A stretch of 64,000 bases of DNA from Eledone cirrhosa (taxonomy: Eukaryota), in assembly GCA_964016885.1 (NCBI GenBank), contig OZ024740.1, positions 168,144,001 through 168,208,000 on the forward strand, read 5' to 3'. Positions within the stretch are counted from its first letter, which is position 1, and every line of letters begins with the position of its first letter. The position numbers were made by a program, and so were the translations under genes. Positions 44,843 to 58,139 of this stretch are shown piece after piece. The notes under the pieces are model-generated. The model was given only the letters and a program-made list of their open reading frames with translations, searched no databases and was not told the origin of the DNA.

Positions 44843-45155
44843 ATTAACACTTAACATTTAATATTCTATCATACTATTTCATTATAATACCATTATAAAT
44901 TTTAAAGGATTGTAAATAAAACGAGTAAATCAGACAAAGTTGGAATTCCTCTTATTAATATATATATATCCAAAAGTTCTATTTAAAGTTGTTGGGATAC
45001 AACAAGTAAATATTTTTATAACTGATATAAAGCACTCGACAAGTTTTTGGAGTAGATATAAGATATTAATAAATGGAAATTTAATGTGATATCCCTGAAA
45101 TATGTATAATGAAATAAATATGGTTTTATAAATATAGTTTCCATTTATTAATATC

Positions 45156-45197
<42 letters not shown>

Positions 45198-45299
45198 CTC
45201 CAGTTCCTCATAGAAACAACAACCCAAGCAGGAACTGGGCATATCAGAGTATTGACAAAGTTAACACCATGTGTACTCGTCTCTACCACACTAATTCGG

Positions 45300-45354
45300 A
45301 CTGCCTGAAGAGGTCACAGCCAAAGATGGCTGTCACCGAAATATATATAGCAGT
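45300..45354 (+). ncRNA. Minimal type I hammerhead ribozyme in non-coding pLTR fragment (45192-45500)
   Basis: ACTGC-CTGAAGA-GGTCACAGCCA aaga TGGCTGTCACC-GAAA-TATATA-TA-GCAGT: perfect stem I, long stem II with G10.1-C11.1, palindromic loop III. Confidence 0.88.
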
Positions 45355-45504
45355 AATAAACGAAGCTAAATTTTAAATATTTGACTTATTTATTTTAGTT
45401 TATTTTACATAACTCCGGAGTAACCAAACCAACCTGCGCACTTCGTCGAGTGCTCCAATCTGCATACTAAGGTGTCGGCAAATAACCAACATGAACTCAA
45501 AATT

Positions 45505-45594
<90 letters not shown>

Positions 45595-45647
45595 CGTGGA
45601 AAAGTAAGAAACGGAGAACAGACCGTTAATACATGTTTATTTAAAAC

Positions 45648-45690
45648 ACCACCTACGTACGTTTCGCCCGGTTGGGCTTCTCAAGGGCAT
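45648..45690 (-). ncRNA. Hammerhead variant (U3:A8) at the 3' end of the Naiad element
   Basis: Minus: GCCC-TTGAGAA-GCCC aacc GGGC-GAAA-CGTACG-TA-GGTGG. Perfect stem II, palindromic loop III, weak stem I. Confidence 0.72.
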
Positions 45691-46490
45691 AAATAACCAA
45701 AAGTGTTCCTTACATGGCCCGGAAAGTGTTTTTGAGGGTAAGTTCAAGTCATAGTTCATTCTTCGCAAAAAAAAACGTGTTTTGATTTTGCAGTAGGTCA
45801 AGGGAGGTAACACTGGTTACTACTCCCCTTCCACAATCACCAAATCTCTCATTGGTATTGCTAAGCTATAGAAAAGTTTAATAGGTGGAGAAAAATACTA
45901 AATACGAGATTGTAGTGAAAGAATTTTATAAAGCCGACTTTACGGGGGGGGGTCTAACACCACTGCTATAGTTAGTTAGCAATCAGCCAATGCTATCTTA
46001 CAATGACAGGTTCAAAACAAAAATAATAAATTAATACTACAAAAATACTAATACGAAATATTAATTCAGAATACTAATACAGAAATACTAATACAAGAAT
46101 ACTAATAAAAAAATACCACTAAGAAATTTAAAAATCACAGAAATGGAGCAGCACCCAGAAATAAAACAATTTACTGGGGTCTAACACATCTGGTATAAAA
46201 AGCGTAATCGGCCAATTCTATCTTAAAATTAGGTGGGTGGGGGTACTGAGGCTACAGAGGACCGATGGGCTGCATCGGGGTAGGCGAAAAGGTGAAAAAA
46301 GATAAGGAAGGAGATCTGGGGTGGAAGGACTAGGAAGAGATGGGGAGAAGAAGGAAAAGATAAAAGAGTTACGTCTACCTTTGTAAGCAGGGGTAACCCC
46401 TTACAAAATCGGCAAGTGGGGTGTTTCAGCCCTTGTCTCCCCCCCCCCCCCCTCCACGGGTCATTATGGGGTTTGAGGGCGAGGTAAGTC

Positions 46491-48540
46491 CTACGCAATC
46501 TGTTTGCATGCAGTTACCAGTTCGTCTTTCTTATTTAGGAGTTGGTCCTTTGAAAACAGCATTTGTAATATTTCCTCTGAGCATATGTTACACGGACGGC
46601 GTCCTCCCGTGTAAGAGTTAGCTCTGGACAGTAAGCTCCAAGTGAGATTGTAGGTTATATTATTATCTTTGAGGTCCCAGATGTGGCCCGAAAGTGTAGT
46701 GGCATGACGCCGAGCCGGGTTTCGGAAAGTATGTCGGTGTAGGTAGAGCCGGGTCTTGAAGTCACAAGCGGTTAATCCTATGTAAGCTTTGTTGGGGATG
46801 TCCGTCCTCACGTTGCACTGGTACATCACATTACGATCAAGGCATCGGTTGTTGAGGGGGCAAAGGGATCTATCAGGACAGTTACACCTCCACTGCCGTC
46901 TAGGTTATTTCATCGATAGGGGTTGAGTTTTTTGTTGTTAGAGGAGACGATGTTTTGTGTGAAGTTAGGTGTGGTGCTGTAGGAGAGTTTGGTGGTGTTT
47001 TTGTTGATTATGTTGTGGTAGCGGTGTTGTAATGGGAAGTGTTTTTCGATGAGCCTAAAGAAGATTTTCCCGATAGGTGGTGTAACCTCGGTATTGTGGG
47101 GAGGATTGAACCACGTTACGATGCGTGAGCGGCGGTGTCGCCGCTGGTTCGGCTTATGGAAGCTGGATAATAGGATATTTCCACCCGGAAGCCACTCCGC
47201 TTGAGGTCCTGGTTGTAATAAGGCGCGTGTTCGTCGAATATCTGCTCATTAGCGGACAAACGAGATATGCGCAGGGAGATGTTTTTAACCAGGTTATTGG
47301 TGATGTGTCTAGGATGGTTCGACCGTTCGGTTTCCTGTATGGGTAGTACAGATCATTATCGAGGTTAAGGATAACGTCCAGGAAGTTTACTCGGGTTAGG
47401 GACGTTTGTAGGGTTATTTTAAATCCACAGTCGCGGAAGAAGCTGATTAATTGTTTACGGACCCGGTCTGTACTACTGTACCCGGTCTGTACTACCTTTT
47501 GAGGGTAAGGAGCCCATCATCAAGGTACAATCCACCGCCGAATGCAGGAAACATTTCGGTGAGTTTAAAAAGTAGGAATAATCCTATAAGATCTGTGACC
47601 TCAGCCGAATCCGTCGCGCCCATACTGACGTCGAAGGGGGAGTCAGGAGTTCTCTTTATCCATTTGGAGTTGTCGAAAAGTAGGACTGTCTTCCTGGCGT
47701 GGAGGATGATATTTCTTTCTTGGTCGGTGATGGGGGTGAGTGTTTCGGCAAAGTCCAAGGCGGCCGTAAGGAGCGGTAAGGTAATTGATGCATAGTAACT
47801 CTCTATGTCAAACTGGATTAATTTTGTGTCTCATTTGTCCTCCATATTGCTGAACCATGAGATTACTTCCTGGGTGTTGACCCATAAGCTAAGTCTCGCG
47901 TTTTGCTTAACTTTTGGTATAACGCAGTCTAGGATTTTTTTTACTAATTCTCCCTATGTCGGACTTCGTTGGGTTTACGGTCGAAGTCGGATTTGTCCTT
48001 CAGTGTGAAGTAGGAAGTCCGTGGGTCTAGGGGTTCAGTGCGGTCGGCGACCCCGAAGCTGGAGGTAATTTGTTGTCCATCTCGATTTATGTCCTCGATA
48101 CTTGAATGGTTAGCCTTTTTATAGGTGGAGTTTAGGCTGCTCCTGATCAGTGTGTGGTATCTGTCGGGGTTGACGAATTAGAGGTTTCCAGTTTTATCCG
48201 AGTGCACCATGATGTCGTTGGTGTTTTCATACTCTGTTAAATTGCTACGGAGTTTTTGTAGGAATCTGTTGTGTCTGGGTTTGAATATAATGCTCTTGAC
48301 CAGTTGGAAAAGGTCATTCTCGAAGGGTGAGAGCATAGGGTTCGGAGGAGGAGATTTGTAGGTATTAAATCCGAATCTCTCCTTGGTATCGAAGTCCTGA
48401 TTGTCGCAATATCTGTCGTAGAAAAAAGTTCTCCATCTTAGTCTTTTCGCAAAGAGGACGATTTTTGCATGAGCATCCGAAGGTAAAGTTTTCTGGGATG
48501 TTCTGGGTGGAGAAGTCAATGTTGTGTTTTCGGATGGTGC
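46491..48540 (-). pseudogene. Penelope/Naiad polyprotein pseudogene (RT plus C-terminal GIY-YIG endonuclease)
   Basis: FSTQNIP, KRLRWRTFFY, FGFNTYKSPP..LSPFENDL, SDKTGNL, IQFDIESYYASI, FDVSMGATDSAEVTDLIG, GLYLDDGL, IVTWFNPP, CNCPDRSLCPLNNRCL..VMYQC..YIGLTACDFKTR..TTLSGHIWDLK..CNICSEE..LNKKDEL. Several frameshifts and stops. Confidence 0.93.
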
Positions 48541-49732
48541 AGGTTAAAAAACTTGAGCTTGGCGGAAAAGTCTGGTAAGGCGTGGCAGGGTCGGAAAGTG
48601 CTCTGTTACGGAGGTAGGAGCTAGATAACGAAGGAAATGTGGTAAGGAACCAGATGGACCATAAAGCACCAAAGTACTCAATACTTAGGGTAATAGGAAC
48701 AAGTAAGACCCCAACGGCAGAGCTCAAGCCGTTTCGACGGCTAATTCTGGACTAAATAAGAATTTTTAGCCTGGTAAATAAATAGCCGAACTTCTCAGGG
48801 TTTAATTCCTTATATTGGAAGATAGTAATTGTCAAAAGGATTGGTAACAAATTTGTTGTAAAGACATGATTCTATCATGGCATTTGGTGGGAGGTAGAGG
48901 TAGCTGAACAAAGAGGGAGTGGGGAAAACCCAGTCAAGCGTTGAAAGTGAAATCTATACAGAAGATTCTAAGGATAGTGTATAGAAGGTCGAGAAAAGTA
49001 TACTGGAGAAGGGGAGGGAGCGTTGAAAGAATAGGTAAATCGAAAGGGAGTAAACAAAAAAAAACATTATAAAAATAAGGAAATAAATATATTAAAAAAA
49101 AGATATTTCTGGTTACTACTCCCCTTCCACAATCACCAAATCTCTCATTGGTATTGCTAAGCTATAGAAAAGTTTAATAGGTGGAGAAAAATATAAATAC
49201 GAGATTGTAGTGAGAGAATTTTATAAAGCCAGCTTTACGGGGGGGGTGTCTAACACAACTGCTATAGTTAGTTAGTAATCAGCCAATGCTATCTTACAGG
49301 TTCAAAACAAAAATACTAAATTAATACTACAAAAATACTAATACGAAATATTAATTCAGAATACTAATACAGAAATACTAATACAAGAATACTAATACAA
49401 GAATATTAATACAAAAACACAACTAAAAAATTTAGAAATCACAGAAATGGAGCAGCACCCAGAAAGAAAACAATTTACTGGGGTCTAACACATCTGCTAT
49501 AAAAAGCGTAATCGGCCAATTCTATCTTAAAATTAGGGGGGGCGTACTGAGGCTACAGAGGACCGATGGGCTGCATCGGAGTAGGCGAAAAGGTGAAAAA
49601 AGACAAGGAGGAGATCTGGGGTGGAATCACTAGGAAGAGATGGATGACGTGAACTTATCTTCAAAAACACTTTCCGGCCCATATATATGTATATATATAT
49701 GTATGTATATATATATATATGTATATATATAC

Positions 49733-49769
<37 letters not shown>

Positions 49770-49826
49770 CATATGTACATATATATATATATATATACAC
49801 ATATATACATACATGTATATATACAC

Positions 49827-49863
<37 letters not shown>

Positions 49864-49936
49864 TATACTTATATTTATACATACATATATATATACATAT
49901 ATATATATTTATATATATATATTGGAAATTCATATA

Positions 49937-50038
<102 letters not shown>

Positions 50039-50222
50039 TTTCCAATCTTTTGATTAGTGAAACCGTCGGTAACGGCAATAGAACAGGTGAATATTTAAAT
50101 GGTTTTTAAATTTATTTAAAAGATTGTTTGATGATTACTTGTGTTCCACTCATTTTTACATGTATATATGTGTGTATATATATATATGTTTATATATGTA
50201 TATATATATGTATATATACATG

Positions 50223-50285
<63 letters not shown>

Positions 50286-50479
50286 TTTTTTTCTGAAGAC
50301 AGCATATATATGTGAAGGTATGTATATTCCCTCTGATAGTTTGTATAAGTATTGTACATAGATCTATAGAATATGCATACCAATTCTAACACATATATAT
50401 CCTAGAAACGATCGTAAAATAATGAATTTTTTTTAATATAAGGAACTGTTTCTCTGTTTATTCATTATTTTTTTTTATA

Positions 50480-50510
<31 letters not shown>

Positions 50511-50725
50511 AGTGGTTACACAACAGTTAGTTTCACCTTAGCGGATCCTCATCTCGTAATGGACATGGTTATACGTATAACCATGTCCATTACGAGCTGA
50601 GGATCCGATAAGGTGAAACAATTGTTCTCTGTATGGTGAACTAACTGTTGTGTAACCACTTCTACCAACCTCGTCCCATGGACTGAGTGCTCTACCACTA
50701 CGGATATTACCTTCCAGTTTTCTGC

Positions 50726-50730
<5 letters not shown>
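50511..50730 (+). mobile_element. Short fold-back pLTR fragment containing a minimal hammerhead (50594-50629)
   Basis: Palindrome CCTTAGCGGATCCTCATCTCGTAATGGACATGGTTATAC/GTATAACCATGTCCATTACGAGCTGAGGATCCGATAAGG. Hammerhead GAG-CTGAGGA-TCC gataa GGT-GAAA-CAATTG-TT-CTC. TA tracts on both sides. Confidence 0.75.
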
Positions 50731-50813
<83 letters not shown>

Positions 50814-50820
50814 GTGTGTG

Positions 50821-50973
<153 letters not shown>

Positions 50974-51444
50974 ACGCATATATGAATATATACACGTGTA
51001 AATGCTAAGCTCTATTCGATCCTGAGCTCTTCACTCTGAGTTCTAATCCCGCAGAGCTCAACTTTCCTTTTAATCCTCTGGTGGGTTCAATAAATATATA
51101 TATAATTGTTGTTTCAGCCCAGGTTAGTCTTCTTTGAGCAGACATATGAACAACGGTGTTCCAGTAGTGATCATATCTTCTTTTTATATATCTAGGAGTA
51201 TATTCATTGTCCAGTGTGTAGTTCCCCTTTCTGGTAGTGTACTATTTTAGTGAATGTGGCTTCTATTTCTCACACGTCGAGCAATCACGTAGAAGTTACT
51301 TCCTTGGTTAAGAATTATAAATCAATAGTTTGTTGAATATCCAAAACATTTACTTTATATTTTATTCGAAATTCTATTTTTAATTTAGAGATTTTTTAAA
51401 ATCTTATTTTCATTCATTCTTGTCCTCCCTGTATGTGATAAAAG

Positions 51445-51568
51445 TCTTGAAAATAATAATGAACTGAGAAAAACCTGCACCAGATTATACGGGACAGATC
51501 CTACTATTACAGAAAAAATGGTATTGCCTGCTAGCAATAAAGTACAGCTACCTTTAAAATCTTCCTTA
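51445..51568 (+). CDS. Exon C of host gene
   Basis: Pyrimidine tract then ATAAAAG acceptor. Enters in phase 2. LENNNELRKTCTRLYGTDPTITEKMVLPASNKVQLPLKSSL. Donor GTAAGT, phase 0. Confidence 0.68.
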
Positions 51569-52871
51569 GTAAGTATTGTTAATTTATATTCTTTATACAT
51601 TTTAATTTAAATATTTAGACTTGCATATATTGCTCTATGGTTAAGGGCTTCGCCTTTCAACCTTTTATTTCCGACTTTGATTTCACTGCACGCGGAAGGG
51701 AAATTGTGTTGTCGGAATTATCGTCGTTGGCATCGTGTATGTATGTGCATATTGGTGAAATATTAAATAGCTTAAATTGAATACAAACCAACACGGAATG
51801 AGTTTTCTTTGATTTTTCCTTCCTGTGGATGAAATAGTGAACGGAGAGAAAGTTACAGGAGAAAAACTTTTGCAAAGAAAAACAATCTCGTTTCATTCAA
51901 ATATTATAAATGTTAATGTAATTGATAATATTATAAGTCACTTAAATGCCAAGAGTTGCGACCGGTAGGTAATATCAGCAATGGGAAGACCAACGGAAAC
52001 ATACTTTCCATGGTCCGATTTGACGAATTCCAGCTCACCCGGTAAACGAATGAGGTTGGAGATCTTGTCAATCGTTAAAATTTAAATACAGACACATACA
52101 TGGCTTGTAGACATGTACACTGATATTTATATGATAGCATTACACGAGTGTGAAAAAAATGTCACGTTTAATTCAATAATAAAATAATAGAATAAAACAA
52201 ACATTGAATTGGTCAAAAGTGTTCTTTTCTAGATCATTTTATTTCATGTGATTCCCTCCTCCCCCGGATTACATCAATTAAGTACCTTTTATAAAACGGG
52301 TGTGACTATGTGTGCACCTTCACTTTTGAAAAACTAATTTTTTCAAGGAAAGTGTTGTAGTTTGTTTGAAGCATTTTTGAATGCTTAGAATATAGTGTTC
52401 TAGAAGGATATAGCATTGCATATTGAATGTCAATAATAATTGTTTCTAACGTATGTGTAAGGCAATCGATTTAGGAGGAAAGGAAAGTCGATTAAATCAA
52501 TCTCAGAAATTTACTGGTACTTTACTTTATCGACATCGGAATGATTAAATATCAATAATTATTTTTTAAAAATAGCAAATATATTGAAATGTTACCTAAA
52601 AATACTTAATTGGTCTTTATATTTCTCTCTTTCTTAATTTCACTTTCTCTCTATCTATCTATCTCGTTTTATTAATACTTCGTGAAGAAGTATTTTACTC
52701 GAAATATAAGGTCCAATTAATTATTTCTAGAGTGGATTTCAATAACCTTGTTATTGCTGATATCTAATGTTCAAAGCGATCTGAATTGCTATAACCTTCT
52801 ATAACGAACTGAATTCTAACGTTTTGTTTATTTAACTATTTATTTGCTTATTTATTCAAATTTGATTTCAG

Positions 52872-53079
52872 GATAAGCAGAACTATAACCAAGAAGTTCT
52901 TCCCCAACAAAGAACTTCAGCAATATACGAAAATAACACTTCTTCAAAACAAGGAGTAACAAATGCTTCCCACAAAACATTCACTCGAAGACATGCATAC
53001 TTCTATTCACCAAACAATAACCATAATATTTCAACTTCAACTGGGGAATTGACACCAAATTTGATGACAAATGTGCTTG
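52872..53079 (+). CDS. Exon D of host gene
   Basis: TTTCAG acceptor, open frame DKQNYNQEVLPQQRTSAIYENN...TPNLMTNVL, donor G/GTAAAG, phase 1 matching exon E. Confidence 0.8.
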
Positions 53080-53872
53080 GTAAAGAAAAGAATCTCTTTA
53101 TTCGTATTACAGGAGAGAACAGACTGGGGCTATACAATAGTGGTAATGAAAAAGGATTAGAACTGAAATTTTGATGGGAGAGTAAAGTCCATTTAATAGA
53201 CCCCAGTGCTTGACTGGTACTTTATTTTATCGACCCCGAAAGGATAAAAGACAAAGTTGGCCCCGGTGACATTTGAACCTGGAATGTAGAAAGCCGTAAC
53301 TAAATGTCGCAAAATATGTTGTCCGACGTGCTAACGATTCTATTAATCCACTGCCCTTATAGTGGTAATTAATGAAAATTAGATATACGCTAAAGTTGAT
53401 TTCAAGAAACCTAAGTTAATTAACTTTATGTAACAGAGGTAAGAAAGGAAAGAAGCCGATCGCCAGATCGGACCAAGTAAACAATGTTTCTATTCACATT
53501 TCCATTGTTGACATTATCTATCGGCTGCATCTCCGAGCAGGAGGTGGGATTTGAACTCACAACGCACATAGTAGGATCTCATACTGCAAAGCATCCCGTC
53601 AGGCTCTTTAGATATTCCGCCAGTACAGCCCCTGAACTGATAGTTTATTATAAGCGGAAAATTGATAGAGTCGTTAGGGCGTCAGATTAAATGCCTCGGT
53701 ACTTGTTCAGACTCGCTGTGTTCTGAATTCAAATCCCGTCGAAATTAACTTTGCCGATACTTCGGTAGACGTGTGGAGCCGGTGGTTGTTATTAACCCCA
53801 GGTCATCACTTATTAAGCACATGTATTATCAAAGACAATCCAATTGTCACCGATTCGTTTTTTTTCAGTCAT

Positions 53873-54052
53873 TATTGGCAGTATCAGTAGAGGGTCGGAC
53901 GCCATGCTTTCCAGCATAGTTACGTCCCTTTACGATCTGAGTTCAAATCCCGCCGAGGTTGACTTTGCCTTTCATCCTTATGGGGTCGATAAAATAAAGT
54001 ACCAGTAATGCACTGGGTAATTGCTGGCCTTGTGCCTAAAGTAGAAACAATT
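53873..54052 (+). mobile_element. tRNA-derived SINE (family of 4005-4192)
   Basis: Matches the consensus, slightly 5' truncated. Confidence 0.92.
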
Positions 54053-54636
54053 AGTGAAGAAGTCCTTCATTTTTTTAAAAGTAATACCTAAATAATAGAG
54101 TAATGTAGTTTACTTCTCTCTATAATACATTTTTCCTGTCTTACACCTCTCTCAGCACAGCCACTTCTCTCTCCTTCTACATTTCCAAAACGTAGGAGAA
54201 AGATAGAATCAGGCTAACAAAAAAATGTGACAGAGGCTTTATAGAGAAATTTTAATTTACAAACCAGTGTTATAGTAAATACGGAAGATGTCTATATTTG
54301 AATTCTTTCTGTCTCTCTTATGCCTATCGTTCTATCTAGCTATAAATATATACGAAGATAAGCATCTTATTGCTATAAACTGTGGTATACCTGCATAATT
54401 AACTAGAGTTTCGTTAACTTGCATTGCTGAATTAAACTTCTAGTGAGAATGGAATTAGGCGAGGTATGAATGAGAACTAGCCACAAGCCTGACATATATA
54501 ATACACTACACAAAAATACTAGTATCGACCTATGGTTTTACCTTAGCAACGACTCGTGAATTATGATCTCTTCCTTCCTTACTAATGATTTATGTGTCTT
54601 GTATTCAAAGAATATTTTCCTCTTTAATTCATAAAG

Positions 54637-55065
54637 GAAACCATGGTGAAATAAACCAAGCTTACCAAACCGAAGATTCTCACCAAACAATGTTAGACAT
54701 AAACGACAGTATTTTCGATTATTCAGTAACTGCTAGTGTGAGTGATCTTTCATCTGCACGCTCAAACCAACGGCCTCATCCAAACCTGTCATCAAGTGCA
54801 AGTAGTTGTGACATCTCAGAGACCGGCTCAGTACTTAAACATACGAACGGTGTTGATACGGTTGCAAATGAACCGTTGATGCATACAACAGCAACCACAA
54901 CAACAGCACCAACGACAACTGGCAGTCACTTATCAAACAACTTAAATGCCGGAATAACCCACAAGCAACAAACACCAATTGCTAAATTTGATAGTAAGGA
55001 GTCAGTTAAAAACATTAACAAACTCCAAATACCTCAGTTTTTTCTTCGAAAGTTTCGACGAAATG
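54637..55065 (+). CDS. Exon E of host gene (Ser/Thr-rich)
   Basis: ATAAAG acceptor, 429 nt open frame [16 protein letters not shown]...[12 protein letters not shown], donor G/GTAAGT. Phase 1 at both ends. Confidence 0.88.
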
Positions 55066-55175
55066 GTAAGTTTGTTTTACTTTCTTTGTCTCTCCCCTTT
55101 CTCTCTTTCTTTCTCTTTTTCTTTGTATACACACACACACACACGCATACACATACACACGCACACACGCGCACA

Positions 55176-55245
<70 letters not shown>

Positions 55246-55313
55246 CTCTCACACACATATGAATATATATTATAATATAATTAGGATTTAGCTTCATGCA
55301 TAGCTGTATACAG

Positions 55314-55357
55314 ATGATCCTGATGAGACCCAGTGAAGTTCGAAATGCATCGACGAT
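55314..55357 (+). ncRNA. Degenerate minimal hammerhead motif
   Basis: ATC-CTGATGA-GAC ccagtgaa GTTC-GAAA-TGCA-TC-GACGAT. Intact core and palindromic loop III, but poor stem I. Confidence 0.6.
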
Positions 55358-55481
55358 TGTCCCCCGTTGCTTCTGATGGACAAAACTAGAGGGCGTTAGC
55401 CCCGGCGTTTTGCATAGCTACGGCTTTCTAAATGTTTACCTGTAAACATACCGTATTTCTTTAGAAATACGAAATTGTAAT

Positions 55482-55550
<69 letters not shown>

Positions 55551-55874
55551 TATTGAAGTTTGCTTGAAGCATTGTGGAATAATAAAAAATGTTGGTCGTT
55601 TTGGAAGCCTCAACAATGTAGATTGGTAAATCTCCGGGTAACAGAATCCGGTGGTGAAGAGAGAGGAAATGTAGAATGAGATGTATAGTGTGTAGAAAAG
55701 AGCGTAAAAAATAAAAATAATAACACGAGATAGAGTTACCTTAGGAAAGATTTAATTGTCCCTATATTTCGGATTTCGCATCCATCAACTGGGGGGTTTT
55801 CCGATGGGGAAAGTTATCTGTCGGAGAGGAACGGTACGTGGACTCTGTGTTGTCCGCCGTTTGATATATATATG

Positions 55875-55938
<64 letters not shown>

Positions 55939-55945
<7 letters not shown>

Positions 55946-57721
55946 AAGTTAAATAAAAAGTCAAATGTTTAAAATTTAGCTTCGTTTATTACTGCTATAT
56001 ATATTTCAGTGACAGCCATCTTTGGCTGTGACCTCTTCAGGCAGTTTGAATTAGTATGGTATAGACAAGTATATATGTTGTTGAGGTGTATAATATTGTC
56101 AATACTCTGATATGCCCAGTTCCTGGTTGGGTTGTTATTTAACTGAGGAACTGGAGTCATATGAATTCAAACAAACGAATTTCAGTGTCAAAGGGCCTCT
56201 TCTCTTCTCATTGGTCAGTTATTAGAACATTCCTCATTCTAAGTGTTGTTATTGTTGGAGTTAGCTTAACAAATTGATAAAATGGTAGAAGGGACAAGGT
56301 GTTAAAGGAACAAAATAACAAAAAAGGTGTCAAACCTCCCATTGGTCAGTTCTGAGAGCATTCCTCAGTCAGAAGTCTATAGAACTCTTTCTGGGGTGAG
56401 GCTCCCTGTAGTGTTTGTGTTTTCTATTGTTAAGTACATTTGACCTCTACCATTATTTTGGTAGTGTTGTTGGTGTTGTGGTCAGCTTATGTCTTGCTGC
56501 TGCTAACAATTTAGAAGTATCCAGTGTGTGTTTTTTCTTCATCCCTCCTACCACAATCTCTCATAGTGGTGGTGGTGGGGGGGGGGGCTTCTTCCATGTA
56601 TATGAAGAAATATAAGGCAATAAATGAAGAAAACAGAAAATAAATAATATAATAAAATAATTAATATAATTTGTATAATTTGAAAATAAATAAATAGAGA
56701 ATAAAGAATAAATGAAAAATTGGTGAAAAAGTAATATGGAGAAGTGAAAAATAATGTAGGATAAAGTGTGTGTGTGCTATAACCAATCTCAAGGTCATAA
56801 ACTATTTATGACCTTGAGATTGGTTATAGCACACACACACTTTATCCTACATTATTTTTCACTTCTCCATATTACTTTTTCACCAATTTTTCATTTATTC
56901 TTTATTCTTTATTCTTTATTCTTTATTCTCTATTTATTTATTTTCAAATTATACAAATTATATTAATTATTTTATTATATTATTTATTTTCTGTTTTCTT
57001 CATTTATTGCCTTATATTTCTTCATATACATGGAAGAACCCCCCCCCCCCCCCACCACCACCACCACCACCACCACTACCACCACCACCACCACTATGAG
57101 AGATGGTGGTAGGAGGGATGAAGAAAAAACACACACTGGATACTTCTAAATTGTTAGCAGCAGCAAGACATAAGCTGACCACAACACCAACAACACTACC
57201 AAAATAATGGTAGAGGTCAAATGTACTTAACAATAGAAAACACAAACACTACAGGGAGCCTCACCCCAAAAAGAATTCTATAGACTTCTGACTAAGGAAT
57301 GCTCTCAGAACTGACCAATGGGAAGTTTGACACCTTTTTTGTTATTTTGTTTCTTTAACACCTTGTCCCTTCTACCATTTTATCAATTTGTTAAGCTAAC
57401 TCCACCAATAACAACACTTAGAATGAGGAATGTTCTAATAACTGACCAATGAGAGGAGAAGAGGCCCTTTGACACTGAAATTCGTTTGTTTGAATTCATA
57501 TGACTCCAGTTCCTCAGTTAAATAACAACCCAACCAGGAACTGGGCATATCAGAGTATTGACAATATTATACACCTCAACAACATATATACTTGTCTATA
57601 CCATACTAATTCAAACAGCCTGAAGAGGTCACAGCCAAAGATGGCTGTCACTGAAATATATATAGCAGTAATAAACGAAGCTAAATTTTAAACATTTGAC
57701 TTTTTATTTAACTTTATTTTA
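55939..57721. repeat. 1.8 kb near-perfect intronic palindrome with 3 nt loop; non-coding Penelope-type fold-back element
   Basis: Centre ..GGTCATAAA cta TTTATGACC.. at 56802-56804. Arms match out to 55939/57721. Hammerheads at 55991-56045 (-) and 57615-57669 (+). The right arm extends to about 57815, colinear with 45192-45500. TA tracts on both sides. Confidence 0.96.
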
Positions 57722-57815
57722 CACTACTCCGGAGTAACCAAACCAACCTGCGCACTTCGTCGAGTGCTCCAGCCTGCATACTGAGGTGTTGGTATACAAC
57801 CAACATATACTCGAA

Positions 57816-57887
<72 letters not shown>

Positions 57888-58139
57888 TCCCAAACAATTA
57901 TATACACATTTCAACACCATTCTAATAAATATAGCCTGTACAGGTAATAACAGTGTGTACACATTTTTAGTCGACACCTGTATATGTATATAAAACATCT
58001 TCGGTCACGAATAGCCAAGGGTTTTGCATCTAGATGTTCCCCTCCGAGGCACAAGTCCGAGCAAGGTGTTTTTGTGGAAAACATGTAGTGGACAATACAA
58101 AGACAGAGACAATGGGAGGGAGGGGGTTACAATAACATT

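Larger units (their letters stand above)
45595..49680 (-). mobile_element. Near full-length Penelope-like retroelement, Naiad-type, with tandem direct pLTRs and short inverted end
   Basis: Direct repeats 45813-46342 and 49109-49642 flank the RT-GIY-YIG coding region. 49650-49680 is an inverted copy of 45716-45747. Bounded by (TG)n/(TA)n. Confidence 0.92.

Noticed and set aside
46491-46900. Possible selenocysteine (in-frame TGA) usage, known for some Naiad elements
   Set aside because: The conserved Cys positions read here (CNC, CPL, RCL, CNIC, ACK) are all TGT/TGC. Stops elsewhere accompany frameshifts and look like decay.
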